DNA from: Octopus bimaculoides
Taxonomy: Eukaryota
NCBI RefSeq assembly: GCF_001194135.2
Contig: NC_069000.1
Location: forward strand, 9,955,056-10,005,843
Direction of reading: 5' to 3'
DNA length: 50,788 bases
In this document: positions 11,831-23,682 of the stretch, piece after piece
How the letters are laid out: each line of letters starts with the position of its first letter
Numbering within the stretch: the first letter of the stretch is position 1
Made by a program: the position numbers and the translations under genes
Notes under the pieces: generated by a model
Told to the model about the DNA's origin: nothing
The model's database searches: none
What the model saw: the letters and a program-made list of their open reading frames with translations, nothing else

Positions 11831-12799
11831 ACAGGAGCCTTGCTTCTCTTATGGACAATTGTATGTTGGATGCTCACGTGTTGGAAGTCCAATCAATCTT
11901 TTCATTTATACTTCACTGGGAAAAACTCATAATGTTTAGTATAAAGAAGTTTTATCATAATTTGCGTTTAAGTGTTTTCTGTTTCAAGTTTATTATCGTT
12001 GTTGATCTCACAGAATATGTTGTTAGGTTAATACTGTTAGAATCACTAACCACAATAAATATTGAGAAAATAGATCAAGTCTAGAATGAAATTTCATTCA
12101 TTTTTTTCCGAGCAACGCAGGGTTTTTCTGATAGTATATAAACATATGATGAGCCTCCACATAGTTTTTTATCTACAAAATTCACTCACAAGGCATTGTA
12201 GTGATGAAAGGGCAGAAGATAAACACTTCCCTCTTTGGTCAGATGGCATGAACTGTTTCATATTTCACGGGAAAAGGAAAATGAGTAAGTGCTGTTGATG
12301 AGAAGATGAAAGAGGGCGCTTCCAGTAGTCTGGACAAGTGTTATGTTCATGGGTACTTCCGCGAGTAACATAATGCTACAATGCATTTTTTTTCGACAGT
12401 CTAGTGATTCTGCGAACTCATCACACTTCCTCGTTTCGGTTTTAATCACAAGGCCAGAAGTTTTGAGGAGGAGGAGGAGGAGGTAGTTATTCGATTATAT
12501 CGACCCCAGAATTTGACTTTATTTTATTTATTTTATTGTTGCTTTATTTTATTGGTCCCGAAACTCTAAAATAAAATACCAGTCAAATGCAGTATTTGAA
12601 ACGTGTCGTTTTGTAACAGAGAGTCGAACTTTGATTGTGGTTACCACTTGCGATAAACAGCATAAATATGAGCGCAGATATAGCTAAGGGACTCAGAACA
12701 TTGTGGTTTCAGGTTCAATTCCTTTGTGTGATACATTGAGTCAGTGTCTTCGATCGTAGGCTCGGGTCGGCCACGACCCTTAAGTGTAAAATTTGGTAA

Positions 12800-12994
12800 A
12801 TGGTTATTTGGAAGCTCACCGAAGCGACCATCCCTGTTTTGTGGTTGACAATCTTAATAGTTACGGTCATTTATCATAACCACGGTCCAGTTCGAGCATT
12901 CGAAACAAGACACCCAACTAGGAATAACTTCTTTCGTGTTACCAATGTCACCCCGAAAAAAGTTTATGACCATTACTCTCCTACTAAGCCATAA
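12800..12994 (+). CDS. 64-aa small ORF with signal-peptide/anchor-like N-terminus (copy B)
   Basis: MVIWKLTEATIPVLWLTILIVTVIY... The first 10 codons are identical to copy A. It ends 444 nt upstream of the paralogue 4 ATG, on the same strand. Confidence 0.4.
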   Translation: MVIWKLTEATIPVLWLTILIVTVIYHNHGPVRAFETRHPTRNNFFRVTNVTPKKVYDHYSPTKP

Positions 12995-13438
12995 AAAAAA
13001 ACCAAGTGAAATGTTTTCAGTCACGAATTGAAACCAGGAGGTGTTTTAAGCATGCCACGTCTTTATGGCTTTTCTCTACACCTCTCAAGACATTTATAAT
13101 ATTGATTCTTTGCGATTAAATCACATATTTTTTTTAAGGAAGGGAAATTGAGAGGATGTTAATATTCATACAATTTAACCGACATCTTGCAGTGAAAGTG
13201 AAGTTGATGATGTCAACTAAGAATTGAAACCGGGTCGTAGATGAGAATTTACTGCATGCAAAACAACGTGATTGATTGAAAGAAAAGAAAAAGGCGGATG
13301 TTGATATCATGGAATAGTTCATTTAAGGTCACTTTCTAAAATGAGAACAAAGATTTGCTTAATTCCATAGTTTCTTACAGAATAAATTCAAAACATGGTC
13401 AACTGTTTCGGAGGGAGAACGGAAACTTTTCATGGAAG

Positions 13439-14041
13439 ATGGCTTCAAATCGGCAAAATGACAATATATACGAAGAACTAATGACTTATTCGTTAGCATT
13501 GAATGACAGAATAAATAGCAATAGTTCTGTGAATAATTTAAGACTTGCTCGAACTACACGCTCTCCGATAGTAACCACTGCAAGGCATCGTTTGTCACTT
13601 TCTTCCACTGCCAACAGCGAGAGAAATGCGAGCATTTCCGCGTTTGGACGATCTCGGCAGCATTCAAACCAGCGTCACCTGACCAGGTATTCTGAAAGAA
13701 ACTGGCTGTTTATACTTTGCTGCCTAGTGTTGAGTTCGGTCAGTTTATCCTGCAGCTTTACATATATGTTGATACTGGTTCGCAAATATCCAAATACATC
13801 AGATTATTGGAGTGTCATTCTGAACACAATTATATTATTCAACTCGTCGATAATCTTCTGCGTTTTTTTCCCGATTTCGAAGCGAAGACTAGTTTCCCCA
13901 AATAACATTATCGTCTACAGTCTCTTATGTACGATGTTGAATCTGTTTTCTGCTCTAATTCTCTTCAATTTACAACATACTCCGATTACACTCGCTATTC
14001 TTATCAGTAGTATCGTACTTTTTGCTCTATTGTTTTCATAG
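13439..14041 (+). CDS. Orphan 4-TM family paralogue 4 (200 aa; premature TAG removes a 12-aa tail)
   Basis: Start assigned to ATG 13439 (MASNRQND) by homology to paralogue 1. After the TAG the frame continues SIGLRFTALENL* to 14080. Confidence 0.8.
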   Translation: MASNRQNDNIYEELMTYSLALNDRINSNSSVNNLRLARTTRSPIVTTARHRLSLSSTANSERNASISAFGRSRQHSNQRHLTRYSERNWLFILCCLVLSSVSLSCSFTYMLILVRKYPNTSDYWSVILNTIILFNSSIIFCVFFPISKRRLVSPNNIIVYSLLCTMLNLFSALILFNLQHTPITLAILISSIVLFALLFS

Positions 14042-14665
14042 AGTATCGGGTTGAGATTTACAGCTCTTGAAAATCTGTAACCGACTTCATCTTTTTTAAC
14101 TTTTAAATATTTGTAGTCTGTTGTAACTTTTAAATATTTTAACTTCTGTTAAAATTATTATAGATAAAATACCACACATTCTCATTATAGTGTTGGAGCT
14201 TAATATTTTTTCAGGTTTACTTTTAATACTAATTCCTTATCAACGTTACATTCGTGAATTTTATAACCTGAATTTCACAGAAAACCATAACATTTTACAA
14301 CATGATAGACTTGCTTGTGCGTTTGGATTTTACCATACAAACCCACACCTGTATATAATTCAAACTACTACTATAACAGAAAAACTTCAGGATTTTCGCT
14401 TCTCTTCTGCAAACCGGCCGTCATTGAATAATTTACACAGACCACCACTTTTTCATATACATGTATAACCATCACTATTGTCTTTTAATGCGACTCTTCA
14501 CGGCTGACGTCAAAAAGTTGGTTTGCTCTGCGAGCTTTAAACACTTGGAGTTTACTTTACGCAAGATGAAATGGAAATATTTGGCATTCATAAATATCCA
14601 GGCATAAATTCGAGACTGATAAAGCATTCTGCACCCTGTCACACACATTTAGAATAAATACAGGG

Positions 14666-15349
14666 TCTTTTCTGTTGCTGTCACAGTTTTTGAAATTTTA
14701 AAATGATGTACGAATTTTCAAATTTGGTATACTGATGCATTTTTTCAAGCAGAATCTAATTCTATTAGTCACTTGTTCAAGAATGTTTTTTTAATGTTAC
14801 AGAGGTTTAAAGTTTGATCAGTTTTACCCAGTCAGAAAAAGGGATTTGGAAGCTGTTATTTTTTGTGTGACCGGTGTCCATCACAAATGAAAACTAAACA
14901 TTAATACGAAAATTCGAAGTTTTGATGAATAAAATCATGAGAACCGGTTGAAGAAATCCCCAATGAAAATATCTTGCAAAAAAACCACCCAAAAAACTGT
15001 ACGTTATTCTGTATTAAGTACATGTAAACTATACATTTTTATATATATATATATAGCGGAAAATCGGTTCAGAAAATAGGCACTCGTCAAAGATAGACAG
15101 CTCAAGAAAATATATGCGGTGATAGTTTTATGCAGACGATAATTTGATTTGTGACTATGAAAACCGGCACCAATAGCTGTGGCTTTCGATTGGCTAAAGT
15201 TACACTAAATTTAAAAGCTATTAACTTTTTATTTACCAATTTTTGTTAAGATTGAACTTCATTTTCTTAATTAGCGTACAAATTTTCAAAAACCTTTGTA
15301 ACAAAATAAAATTTAAAAAAAAGTAAAACTGTGACAGCAACAGAAAAGA
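14666..15349. mobile_element. MITE-like element with a perfect 25-bp inverted repeat
   Basis: tcttttctgttgctgtcacagtttt (14666-14690) and its reverse complement (15325-15349). True termini not determined. Confidence 0.5.
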
Positions 15350-15941
15350 TCGTAAATACAAGACCTGGTCAATTTCCGACGAAGCAAATTTTATGTTATT
15401 TCGCTTAAAATCTGCAAAGGAATAATTTTCTTAGAAATAATGTACGGTTCTGAAAGAACTTATGAAAAGAGTTCCGTGAAGTAGTAAACAATAATACAAG
15501 TTGTTGTAACTCTGAAAATTTTATTTCTGGCTATTTTGTTAGGAGTACGCCATCTTTTCTTGGTAAGAGATCTTAAATCAATGATCGGAGCTATTTTGCG
15601 AATGCAAACATCGATCCTCCATCCCTTTCCCCATTCAGTGCCGGTTCTATCCCGTTACATATGGGTAAAATATGAAGTGTCAAGCATCAGAGGTTATGAG
15701 GCAACTGAGCTCCGTTAAACCTGTGGTTCTTGAGAAGGCAACCTTTGATATATCGCGAGGGGGAATCCTCGGGACGATAAGCGACCATCTTGGAAACCAG
15801 ACACCTGACTGTGTTCTTTCTGTCGTACGGCTGCCAGGGCACCTAAAATAGACCGACTACACTCACACATAGGGACCATGCAGGCATGCTTACTCTCGCT
15901 TAAGATTCTCACATATTGGTGTTTCAGGGAGGGAAGGTTCC

Positions 15942-16036
15942 CAACAACTTGATCAATAACACCGATGTCGACTGGAGGACCTACGATATATGCCTTGGGA
16001 TTGGGGTCAATTTTTGTAGTTTTTGCAAATCTGTAA
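15942..16036 (+). pseudogene. 3' remnant of the 4-TM family (R2)
   Basis: Ends ...ALGLGSIFVVFANL* (aatctgtaa). Shares caacaa.ttgatcaataacacc.atgtcgactgga and the 3' flank with R1. Confidence 0.5.
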
Positions 16037-16690
16037 CCAAGTTTTATATTCGATTATTCCAGTTATAAATTTTTAATAAAGCTCAACGTTTGATATTTTG
16101 TTATCTAAAAATAAAAGAAAATTTCTAAATTCGAATAAAATATCTTAAATACTCTAGCTACACTAATCACCGGTTAAACCAGTGCTGGATTAACCATTAA
16201 GCAAAATAAGCATGTGCTTAGGGCGTGAAGTGAAGGAGGGGGCACCACAGAAATGGTAAATGGTTTACGGCACAAAAGAAATCACTTTCAACTTGCTAAA
16301 ATAATATTCGGGATTCCTTTACCTCTGCTAAGTATAGCTGCAGGTGTGTTACCTAAGATTAATTCTGAAGATCTGATCAAAGACTCTGCAATTCAAAAAA
16401 GTAGGGGGAAACTTTTCATATAAATAAAGTGGAAGTATACAAAAATAAACATTTTCCCTCCTACTGTTTTGTTTCGTTTTGAGAAATAAAAATTCATTTT
16501 TATGGCTTGTTTATATTTTGAATTGCATAATCTTTTATGGGGGGCGAAAGCATGAAAGGCAAAGTCGATCTCCGCGAAATTTGAACTCGGAATGTGAAAA
16601 CGGGCGAAATATCTGTAAACATTTTCCCCTGCGTGCTAACGATTCAGCCAGCCGCCGCCGCCGCCTTCTTCTTCTTCTTCTTCTTCTTCT

Positions 16691-16723
<33 letters not shown>

Positions 16724-16808
16724 CGATGATGATGATGATGTTCGTCATTTGTATCGAACACCAAACACATCAAAATGACTGATCGCGCGAAGAGAATACG
16801 AAGCAGTA

Positions 16809-17131
16809 GCGAGAGAGAAAATGCCTGACTGCGAAAACATTTGAGAGTCGATGGAAGAAAGTAACACGAATGTTGCGAGTGGATGTGACCTCATGAACGC
16901 GGCACGAGCTTTATCTGAGGTATCAGTGGCGAGGCGCGGGCTCGTGCGGTCCGTGCTGAACCCGTCTTTCCACTCCGTCCGTAATGTCTTCCGGTCTGTC
17001 TTATCGTTCGTTTTATGTATTTTGTGTTAAATTTTTAATGTCATCTTTTTGTTTTTTCTCATCCGTTTCTCTGACCCCAAAATCAGATGCATTGTCCCCT
17101 GTGTTGGCCCCTTGTGGGCAATAAAGAAATA
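16809..17131 (+). mobile_element. 5'-truncated LINE 3' end (L1/Tx1-like) with 20-bp TSD
   Basis: gaagagaatacgaagcagta at 16789-16808 and 17132-17151. Remnant TFESRWKKVTRMLRV*. The tail ttggccccttgtgggcaataaagaaat recurs at ~27760. Confidence 0.7.
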
Positions 17132-17685
17132 GAAGAGAATACGAAGCAGTAACAAAAGCTAAGTCGGTGATCATACAGCTTGGAACCTACGATAGTAGGT
17201 TCACGTACAGGTGGTATCAAAAGGTTCTCAGACTAGCTATGTTTAATAAAAATAACTTATTTAGCTAAGTTTTAACATAATCTCCTTCGAAATAATCTCC
17301 TTGCGCAACAATACACCGGTCCTATCGTTCCTGCTACACTTGGAATCCGGTCCGGAAGTCGTTTTCCGGAAGTCGATTACATAGACCTCAGTACTCAACT
17401 GATACTTATTTTTTAGATTCTGAAAGGATGAAAGGTATAGTCAACCTCGGCGGAATCTGAACTCAGAACGTAATAACAGACGAAATGCAGCTAAGCATTT
17501 CGCCCGGTGTGCTAACGATATTGCTTGTTCCCCGCCTAATTCATTACTGTAATATTACCAAAAAATTACGAGTATTTACAAAGCATAAAAAAGTCTCCGA
17601 CCGTGTAATCACGGTTTTTAGCTCGTCCTGGTTATATATAAGTTTAGGTACAAATATATTTTAAAGCAATTAGAATATTTATACA

Positions 17686-17950
17686 TTGGCCGAGGTGCTA
17701 GCAGAAAGATTGACGCGTGTCGCGGGTGGCCTGATCGGGAAAAGCACAAACCTGTGCGGGCCCCGGCAGAACCATCAAGGACAACCTTCATCTTGTACGC
17801 TATACCGTAGAAGGGTATGGTAATGATTCTGGCAAAAGTGGGGCACTGGTCCATTTAGACCAAGCTAAAGCATTCGATAGGGTAGACCATCGTTACCTGG
17901 TTTCTGTTCTCGCGCAGTTTGGACTGGGTCTTGGTTTCCTCAGGTGGATC
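17686..17950 (+). mobile_element. L1/Tx1-clade reverse transcriptase fragment
   Basis: Translates (one frameshift) to PGRTIKDNLHLVRY...ALVHLDQAKAFDRVDHRYLVSVLAQFGLG..FLRWI, matching the LDxxKAFDRV RT motif. Confidence 0.85.
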
Positions 17951-18976
17951 ATAAGATTTTAACCAAGATGCGAATGAAAATGTTTCTACTTTTCGTCGGT
18001 AGCGCATTCGGGAAAGTGCAAATGGGTACGATACCGACCCCGTCTATCCAAGATAACCGAACCTCGACTTTATGCTATACACTGTAGGGGTGGTTAGTAG
18101 TAAACCTGGATTTGTGTAAATCAAATAAACTTGGATCAATTTTGATAGCCTGCGCCATTGCTTCTTGTAGGCTGTCTTCTAGGAAAACAGTTACCGTCCT
18201 CTCTTCAACGGCATTTACTCGGTGGTCAAATCAAATCTATCGGAACCGTTTAAAATCAAGTGTTTGGTTCAAAGATGTCTTCTCTCAGCTTTTCTGTACA
18301 AAATGACTCTCTCTCGAACCACTAATGCAGACATTGGAGCTGTTGGAGGGCACCTCGTTCGAACGGGAAATCGAAAGCGCCGACTCGACATATGCAGACT
18401 GTCATCTTTCTGGAGTTTGATACCATGAAAATCGAGAGGTGGGATCATATTGTACTGTCCCCTCTGTGTTCGTCCTTCATGGATAGTAATAAAATCATTC
18501 GCGAAAAATCATTCGATTACATCGACACTAGTTTTTTTTTTTTTTGACTTTCTCAAATCAATAAAAAAATCACAATACCAAACCAATAGCGAGTTAAACA
18601 GTAAAATGGAGTATATCACTGGTGATAAACAATATCAATATGAGCGACAAGTAATGTTCATATATTTCGAATAATATTTTGAAGCACAAATTAAATTTGA
18701 TAATGTCAACTCTAGAATTGAAACCGCACGTGGATTAGAAATATCTGCAAAGTATAATTGACTTGGAGGGAAAAAAAACCTGAAATTGAAATGATGGAAT
18801 AGTTTATTTAAGTGATTTTTTTAAAAACTCAACTCAAGGTATTTTAATAATTTCTATTGTTTCCTAAGACAACCAAACATGGTGAATTGGTTATAAATAT
18901 TAGAGTAGGGGGAGAACTTCTTTTATTGTATCAGTTAGCTTAGATTCTTAAAGAGAAGATTACGTCTCGAGAAAGA

Positions 18977-19699
18977 ATGGCGGATTCGAAAAGAAGTAAT
19001 GAAGATAATCCCAATGGTTATGGAAAAAATGATAATGGAAGAAATAGTGATGGAAAAAATGGTAATGGAAAAAATGGTAATGGAAGAATTGGTGATGAAA
19101 AAAATGGTGATGGAGGAAATGGTGATGGGAAAAACGATGAAAGCAGAAGCAGTTTTCTACAAACCCCGAATATTTCGGGGCCGACACGTCGTCTGCCACT
19201 CGTTTCTTATGTCAGCGATGGAAAAAATATAGAAATGACCACGTTAGGAGCATCTCAGAAACCTGAACTCTGCTCTAAACAACAGCAAACCCAGCAGAAC
19301 ACTACTTCTGATCATCGTATACAATTGCTCAATACAGTAGCCTACATGGTGCTGTCATTTGTCGGTTTATTCTGCAGCAGTATAGATGTAGCGGAAAGAA
19401 TTCGCAATTTTTCAGCTATGCCAAACTATTGGTATATTGTTTTAGACGCGGTTATAGCCATCAACTCGTTGATAATCTTTTGTGTTGTCTTTCATCTTTC
19501 AAACAAAAGTGCAAGTTACTCAGACCGCATGTTCTTCGTCGGTCTCTTTTGTTCCTTGCTTAATCTGGTGTCTGCTAGCGTTATGTACCATCTACATGAA
19601 GAATGGATAGCTGTAGTTGTTCTTATCAGTGCTACGATGCTTTTATTTCTGCTGTATATACCATGGTTGATGTCGAATTTTGCAGATAAAAATAGCTAG
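18977..19699 (+). CDS. Orphan 4-TM family paralogue 5 (240 aa), with GKNG(N/D) repeats
   Basis: PTRRLPLVS..KNIEMTTL and four TM segments. Conserved upstream block at 18693-18735. 15-bp repeat x8 at 19021-19140. Confidence 0.9.
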   Translation: MADSKRSNEDNPNGYGKNDNGRNSDGKNGNGKNGNGRIGDEKNGDGGNGDGKNDESRSSFLQTPNISGPTRRLPLVSYVSDGKNIEMTTLGASQKPELCSKQQQTQQNTTSDHRIQLLNTVAYMVLSFVGLFCSSIDVAERIRNFSAMPNYWYIVLDAVIAINSLIIFCVVFHLSNKSASYSDRMFFVGLFCSLLNLVSASVMYHLHEEWIAVVVLISATMLLFLLYIPWLMSNFADKNS

Positions 19700-20900
19700 A
19701 CACTGCGAAAAACGTGAGTATACTGTCGGAGAAAATTCTGTTTTAATATCTATTTAACTAGATTTAATTAGTGAATTCTACTCTCAGAACTTTGCAGAAA
19801 GCGTTTAACATTTTATATGATTTTTGTACATGTGGGACGGAATACCAAAATGCATTCCACAAGACCAGATTCACACAATGAATGTACTAAAATCTACCAA
19901 CGGCTACAATAATTGCAAAGACTTCTTTGCTGTAAACACCAAAATTTCAGCTTCCCTCCTGTAGTATCTCTTGCGATTCCCAGTCCTCTACATGAGCTTG
20001 TATCCCTATGTGGGGATTGACACAGTCCATACACTGTTGCTTGATCTTTCTCTCCTCGAAACCCTAAGCATTACCAAACCGTAATCATCTTATCAGATCA
20101 TCCGGCCACTGCCTTATAACCCCACCCCTCCCAACACAAACCTACTACAGTTCTCTCCAGCACCTGATCTACTGTATTACAATATATAATCATAGGAAAA
20201 TATTTGTATAAAACCTCATCGATTTCCTATCGTTTTTACCGACGCAAGCTTCGGCTAGTTACTTCATACATGCTATATAGGAGCGAGCGGAAGATAATAT
20301 ACTACGTGTTACCGATTACTAAAGCCTTCACTTTTTTTTTTAAACTAGTTATAATACTGACTCCTTATGACATCTAACGTCCATTTCTATTTTCCAGGGA
20401 TTACTAAGAGGACATAATCTTCTTAAATTTCCAATGCTATTACAATCTAAAGAATGACTTTAAGTATTAATACCATGTCAAAATGATCGGTCTATAATAA
20501 TCGTAAATGACTAAAACATGAACCATTTCTTTCTTTAAACCGTTTTCTCAATTGAAAACGGTAAATTATCTTTTACTTTCCATTGTTTATTAGGTAATGC
20601 AGTGGAGAAAAAGAATACAATGAGTTGAAGGTACTTTTGGTGGAGGAAATTGTTCATGTTAGTTGGCTTCATATCGGCACAGGTGACTTCGTCAGAAATA
20701 TGGATTGTTATACTGGAACATAGAGAAACTTGTGGCTTCAAAAGTATCTATATTTGAAATTTACTACGAACATCGAATAATTTGAGGTTAAAACCGTCGC
20801 TGCATATAGATATCCTCCATCAAAGACCATCTAGATATCCACACCACCTCAAATATCACAACCAACTTCACACTAACAATTAGAACTTGATTTTTTTTTC

Positions 20901-21084
20901 TCTATCATTTTCCCGTTTTTCAAACGATGGTCAGTTTTTCTCAACTCGCCTTCTCGTCCACTGTATTCTATGTGATTTATTTAAACTGTTGTCTGCTACT
21001 TTTGACTTCGGTTTACAATATAACGTTTGTATTTTATGTGTTCCGACGTTGATGTCGAATATTTACAAGTTTCAAAATCTGTAA
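20901..21084 (+). pseudogene. Frameshifted, internally deleted 3' remnant of the 4-TM family (R3)
   Basis: SIIFPFFKRWSVF, then a frameshift into STRLLVHCILCDLFKLLSATFDFGLQY..LCVPTLMSNIYKFQNL*. Most of TM4 is deleted. Confidence 0.8.
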
Positions 21085-22004
21085 CTAACTTCAACTCTTT
21101 AGATTCCTTTATTCTGGTTTTATTTTCTGCCACCTGGCAGAACCGTTAACCTGCCGGGCAAAATGCTTAGCGCCGTTTCGTCCATCTTTACATTGTGAGT
21201 TGAAATTCCGCTAAGTTCGACTTTGCCTTTCCTCTTTCGGAGGTCGATAAAATAAGAGTTGAATGGGTTATCAGCTTCGCCCTCTCTCGAAATTGCGAAA
21301 ATTTGAAATACCCTGGCTACACTTTTACCTGTAAAACCTTCAGATTTTTTCTTTTCTAAATTTGTCATTTCTTAAACCTATTGCAATTTTATACTCTAAG
21401 CTTAACTGCAAATTTTGTAACTATTTGAATAAAGAATACTTGAAATGTTCTCGTTGGTTGTTGTTATAATGCATTTTTTTTTTAATTTTTAAATCTCTGT
21501 CGAAACTTTCACTTGACACTGCAATTCAAAGATCAAATAATTTTTCTTGTAAAAAAAACAAAAAAAAACACATATGAACAAACCTAGGCTTCGAAATCTT
21601 TAATTTTAGAAACGGCTGTAATCCCGACATCAACAGCATGATATAGAAGAAGCACCTCAATTCAAGATAACTCTAATGGCTTCTAAGCAGCAACAGTTCA
21701 TAACTAAAAAAAAAACAACCTGCAATAAGTTATAGAAACATTCGGGATCATTGGTGTCGGAATGTTATACAATAGACGGATTAAAAATTAATATAATTAC
21801 GTTACTTGCTTAAGTTACTGGAGTGTGGCCATTCTGGGGTATCGCATGGAAGCATTTCGTTGGATAAATCGACCACGGTACATATTTTCATATCTGGTAA
21901 TTGATCTATCGTTGTGCTTTGTCGATCGTTGCAATCATCTGTCCGAGTAGATCGTAATTCTTGTTTGTGCGTTGTTCGAAAGGTTTGGCGTAAGTTGTAA
22001 TATT

Positions 22005-22320
22005 TACATTTGACGGATATTTGTCCTCGTCTTGTTTAACGCAACGTTTCGGCTGATATACCCTCCAGCCTTCATCGGGTGTCTTGGGGAAATTTCGAAA
22101 CTAAGGTATTTTTCGATATTCTTATTAAGGTAACTGCCTGGAATCCAACTCGGAATCTTGGTTAGTAGCCCGCGCTTTTAACCACTCCGGGCATATGGCG
22201 TAGTAGTTAAGAGCGCGGGCTACTAACCCCAAGATTCCGAGTTCGATTCCAGGCAATGACCTGAATAATAATGAAAAGAATAAACTCGAAAACCACTTTA
22301 GGAATGAGAACACACAATGC
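22005..22320. mobile_element. Two head-to-head copies of a tRNA-headed SINE
   Basis: Inverted arms at 22128-22186 and 22202-22262 (gcgcgggctactaacc..aagattccgagtt.gattccagg). The minus-strand copy retains its tail. Confidence 0.75.
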
Positions 22321-23682
22321 TCAACCACGAAAAAGGAAACAAACATTTAGGCATTCAATATATATTTAAGGCAAACGTGATAAACAACACGTTACATGCG
22401 ATAAACACATTACAATTTTTAACTGAAAGATTTGAAAGAATTAGATGAAAGTTCTCCGGTAATTTACTTTCATGTAAATAAATGTTTATGTTAATTTAGA
22501 AAAATTGCCAGCAAAATTTTATAAAATGACAATGTTTCAAAAGATGTACATGGTTTATATGTTATATACGAAATTAAGAGTAATCAAAATATGCTTAAAA
22601 AACAAACATTTTAGCATGCAATAAGCAACACATTACAAAATATTTTTTAAATTGAAACGAATTAGAAATGCATTCAATTAATTTATCAAACAAATCACAG
22701 TTTTCATAGAGATATGAATCTATCACAGAACGGCGAGTGCCACAACGTCGTTTATTACCTCACTTCACAGAGCCCCACATACTCTACAAGTGTGTGTACT
22801 ATATTTCGGGTTAACAAACCCAACGCTGTGGTTCACCGTTCTGTGCTCAAAATTGTAGCCATCAATTTCAGGAATGTGAGAGTATACGCCCTCCACAAAT
22901 CGCTGAAAATTGTGGTTCCTGGAAGAATCGAGTAACGTATGCATTCTTCCAGTGTGTCACGATTCCGACATCGCACTGCATACAGAAAACCCTGTCTGGT
23001 CTCGCGATACACTCCTCCGAAAACCCACTGCTCAGGTGGGACCCTTCCTCGGTTGTACTTACGTTCTGTTGCTAGTTGCAGTAGATGCCTGGCAAGACGC
23101 CGGCCAACACTACTGGCAAATATGCATAAAGCTCGTAGGGAAGGCCTCCAAATCAGGCGATCCGCACCGCGTACAACCAGTTATCAGATCCCGGACCTCT
23201 GCATCTTCTACCGTGGGCCGCGGTAAGCTGTCGAGGTATGCTGTGAGGTCTTCTACCATCTACAGTTCGACCGTCCATCCAGAACAATTCAGTAAAGTGT
23301 TGCTGCAAAACTATACACATCTATTTAAAAACGAGTAACTTCCTGGTCCATGAAACATCAACATTAGAAGCCAAAGTGAAGTTTGATGACTTCGACTAAG
23401 AATTGAAACTGTGTCATGGATTACAATGATCTGCAGGCAAGAAATTTTGATTGACTGAACAAAAATGAAAAGACTGATGTTGAAACGCTGGAACAGTTTA
23501 TTTAAGGTCATTATTTTAAAATCAAAACAGTATTTTTTTCAATTTCTATTGTTTTTCAGACAATAAGTACAAAACATGATCAAATATTAATATTTCACAG
23601 AGAAGAAAAATGTTAGTGCAAGTTTGCTTCAAATCAGCAAAAGAATAATAAGTTCCAAGAAAGAACGGAGGACTCGAAAAGA

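Noticed and set aside
13355-13438. TTG-initiated N-terminal extensions of paralogues 4 and 7 (13355 and 28210) in the ORF track
   Set aside because: This is a eukaryotic locus, the extensions overlap the putative intron and acceptor, and homology points to ATG 13439 and ATG 28330.
16479-16782. ORFs with poly-R/L/N/D or poly-A/F/M runs
   Set aside because: They translate a compound trinucleotide microsatellite, (GCC)(CTT)(AAT)(GAT), within repeat-derived DNA.
22197-22262. tRNA genes at SINE heads (also 3396, 39600 and 49960)
   Set aside because: They have A/B-box-like motifs but no complete cloverleaf, and they continue into SINE bodies.
23373-23460. Upstream conserved block as a C/D box snoRNA (TGATGA...CTGA)
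   Set aside because: The C-box is TGATAA in half of the paralogues and no D-box is conserved.
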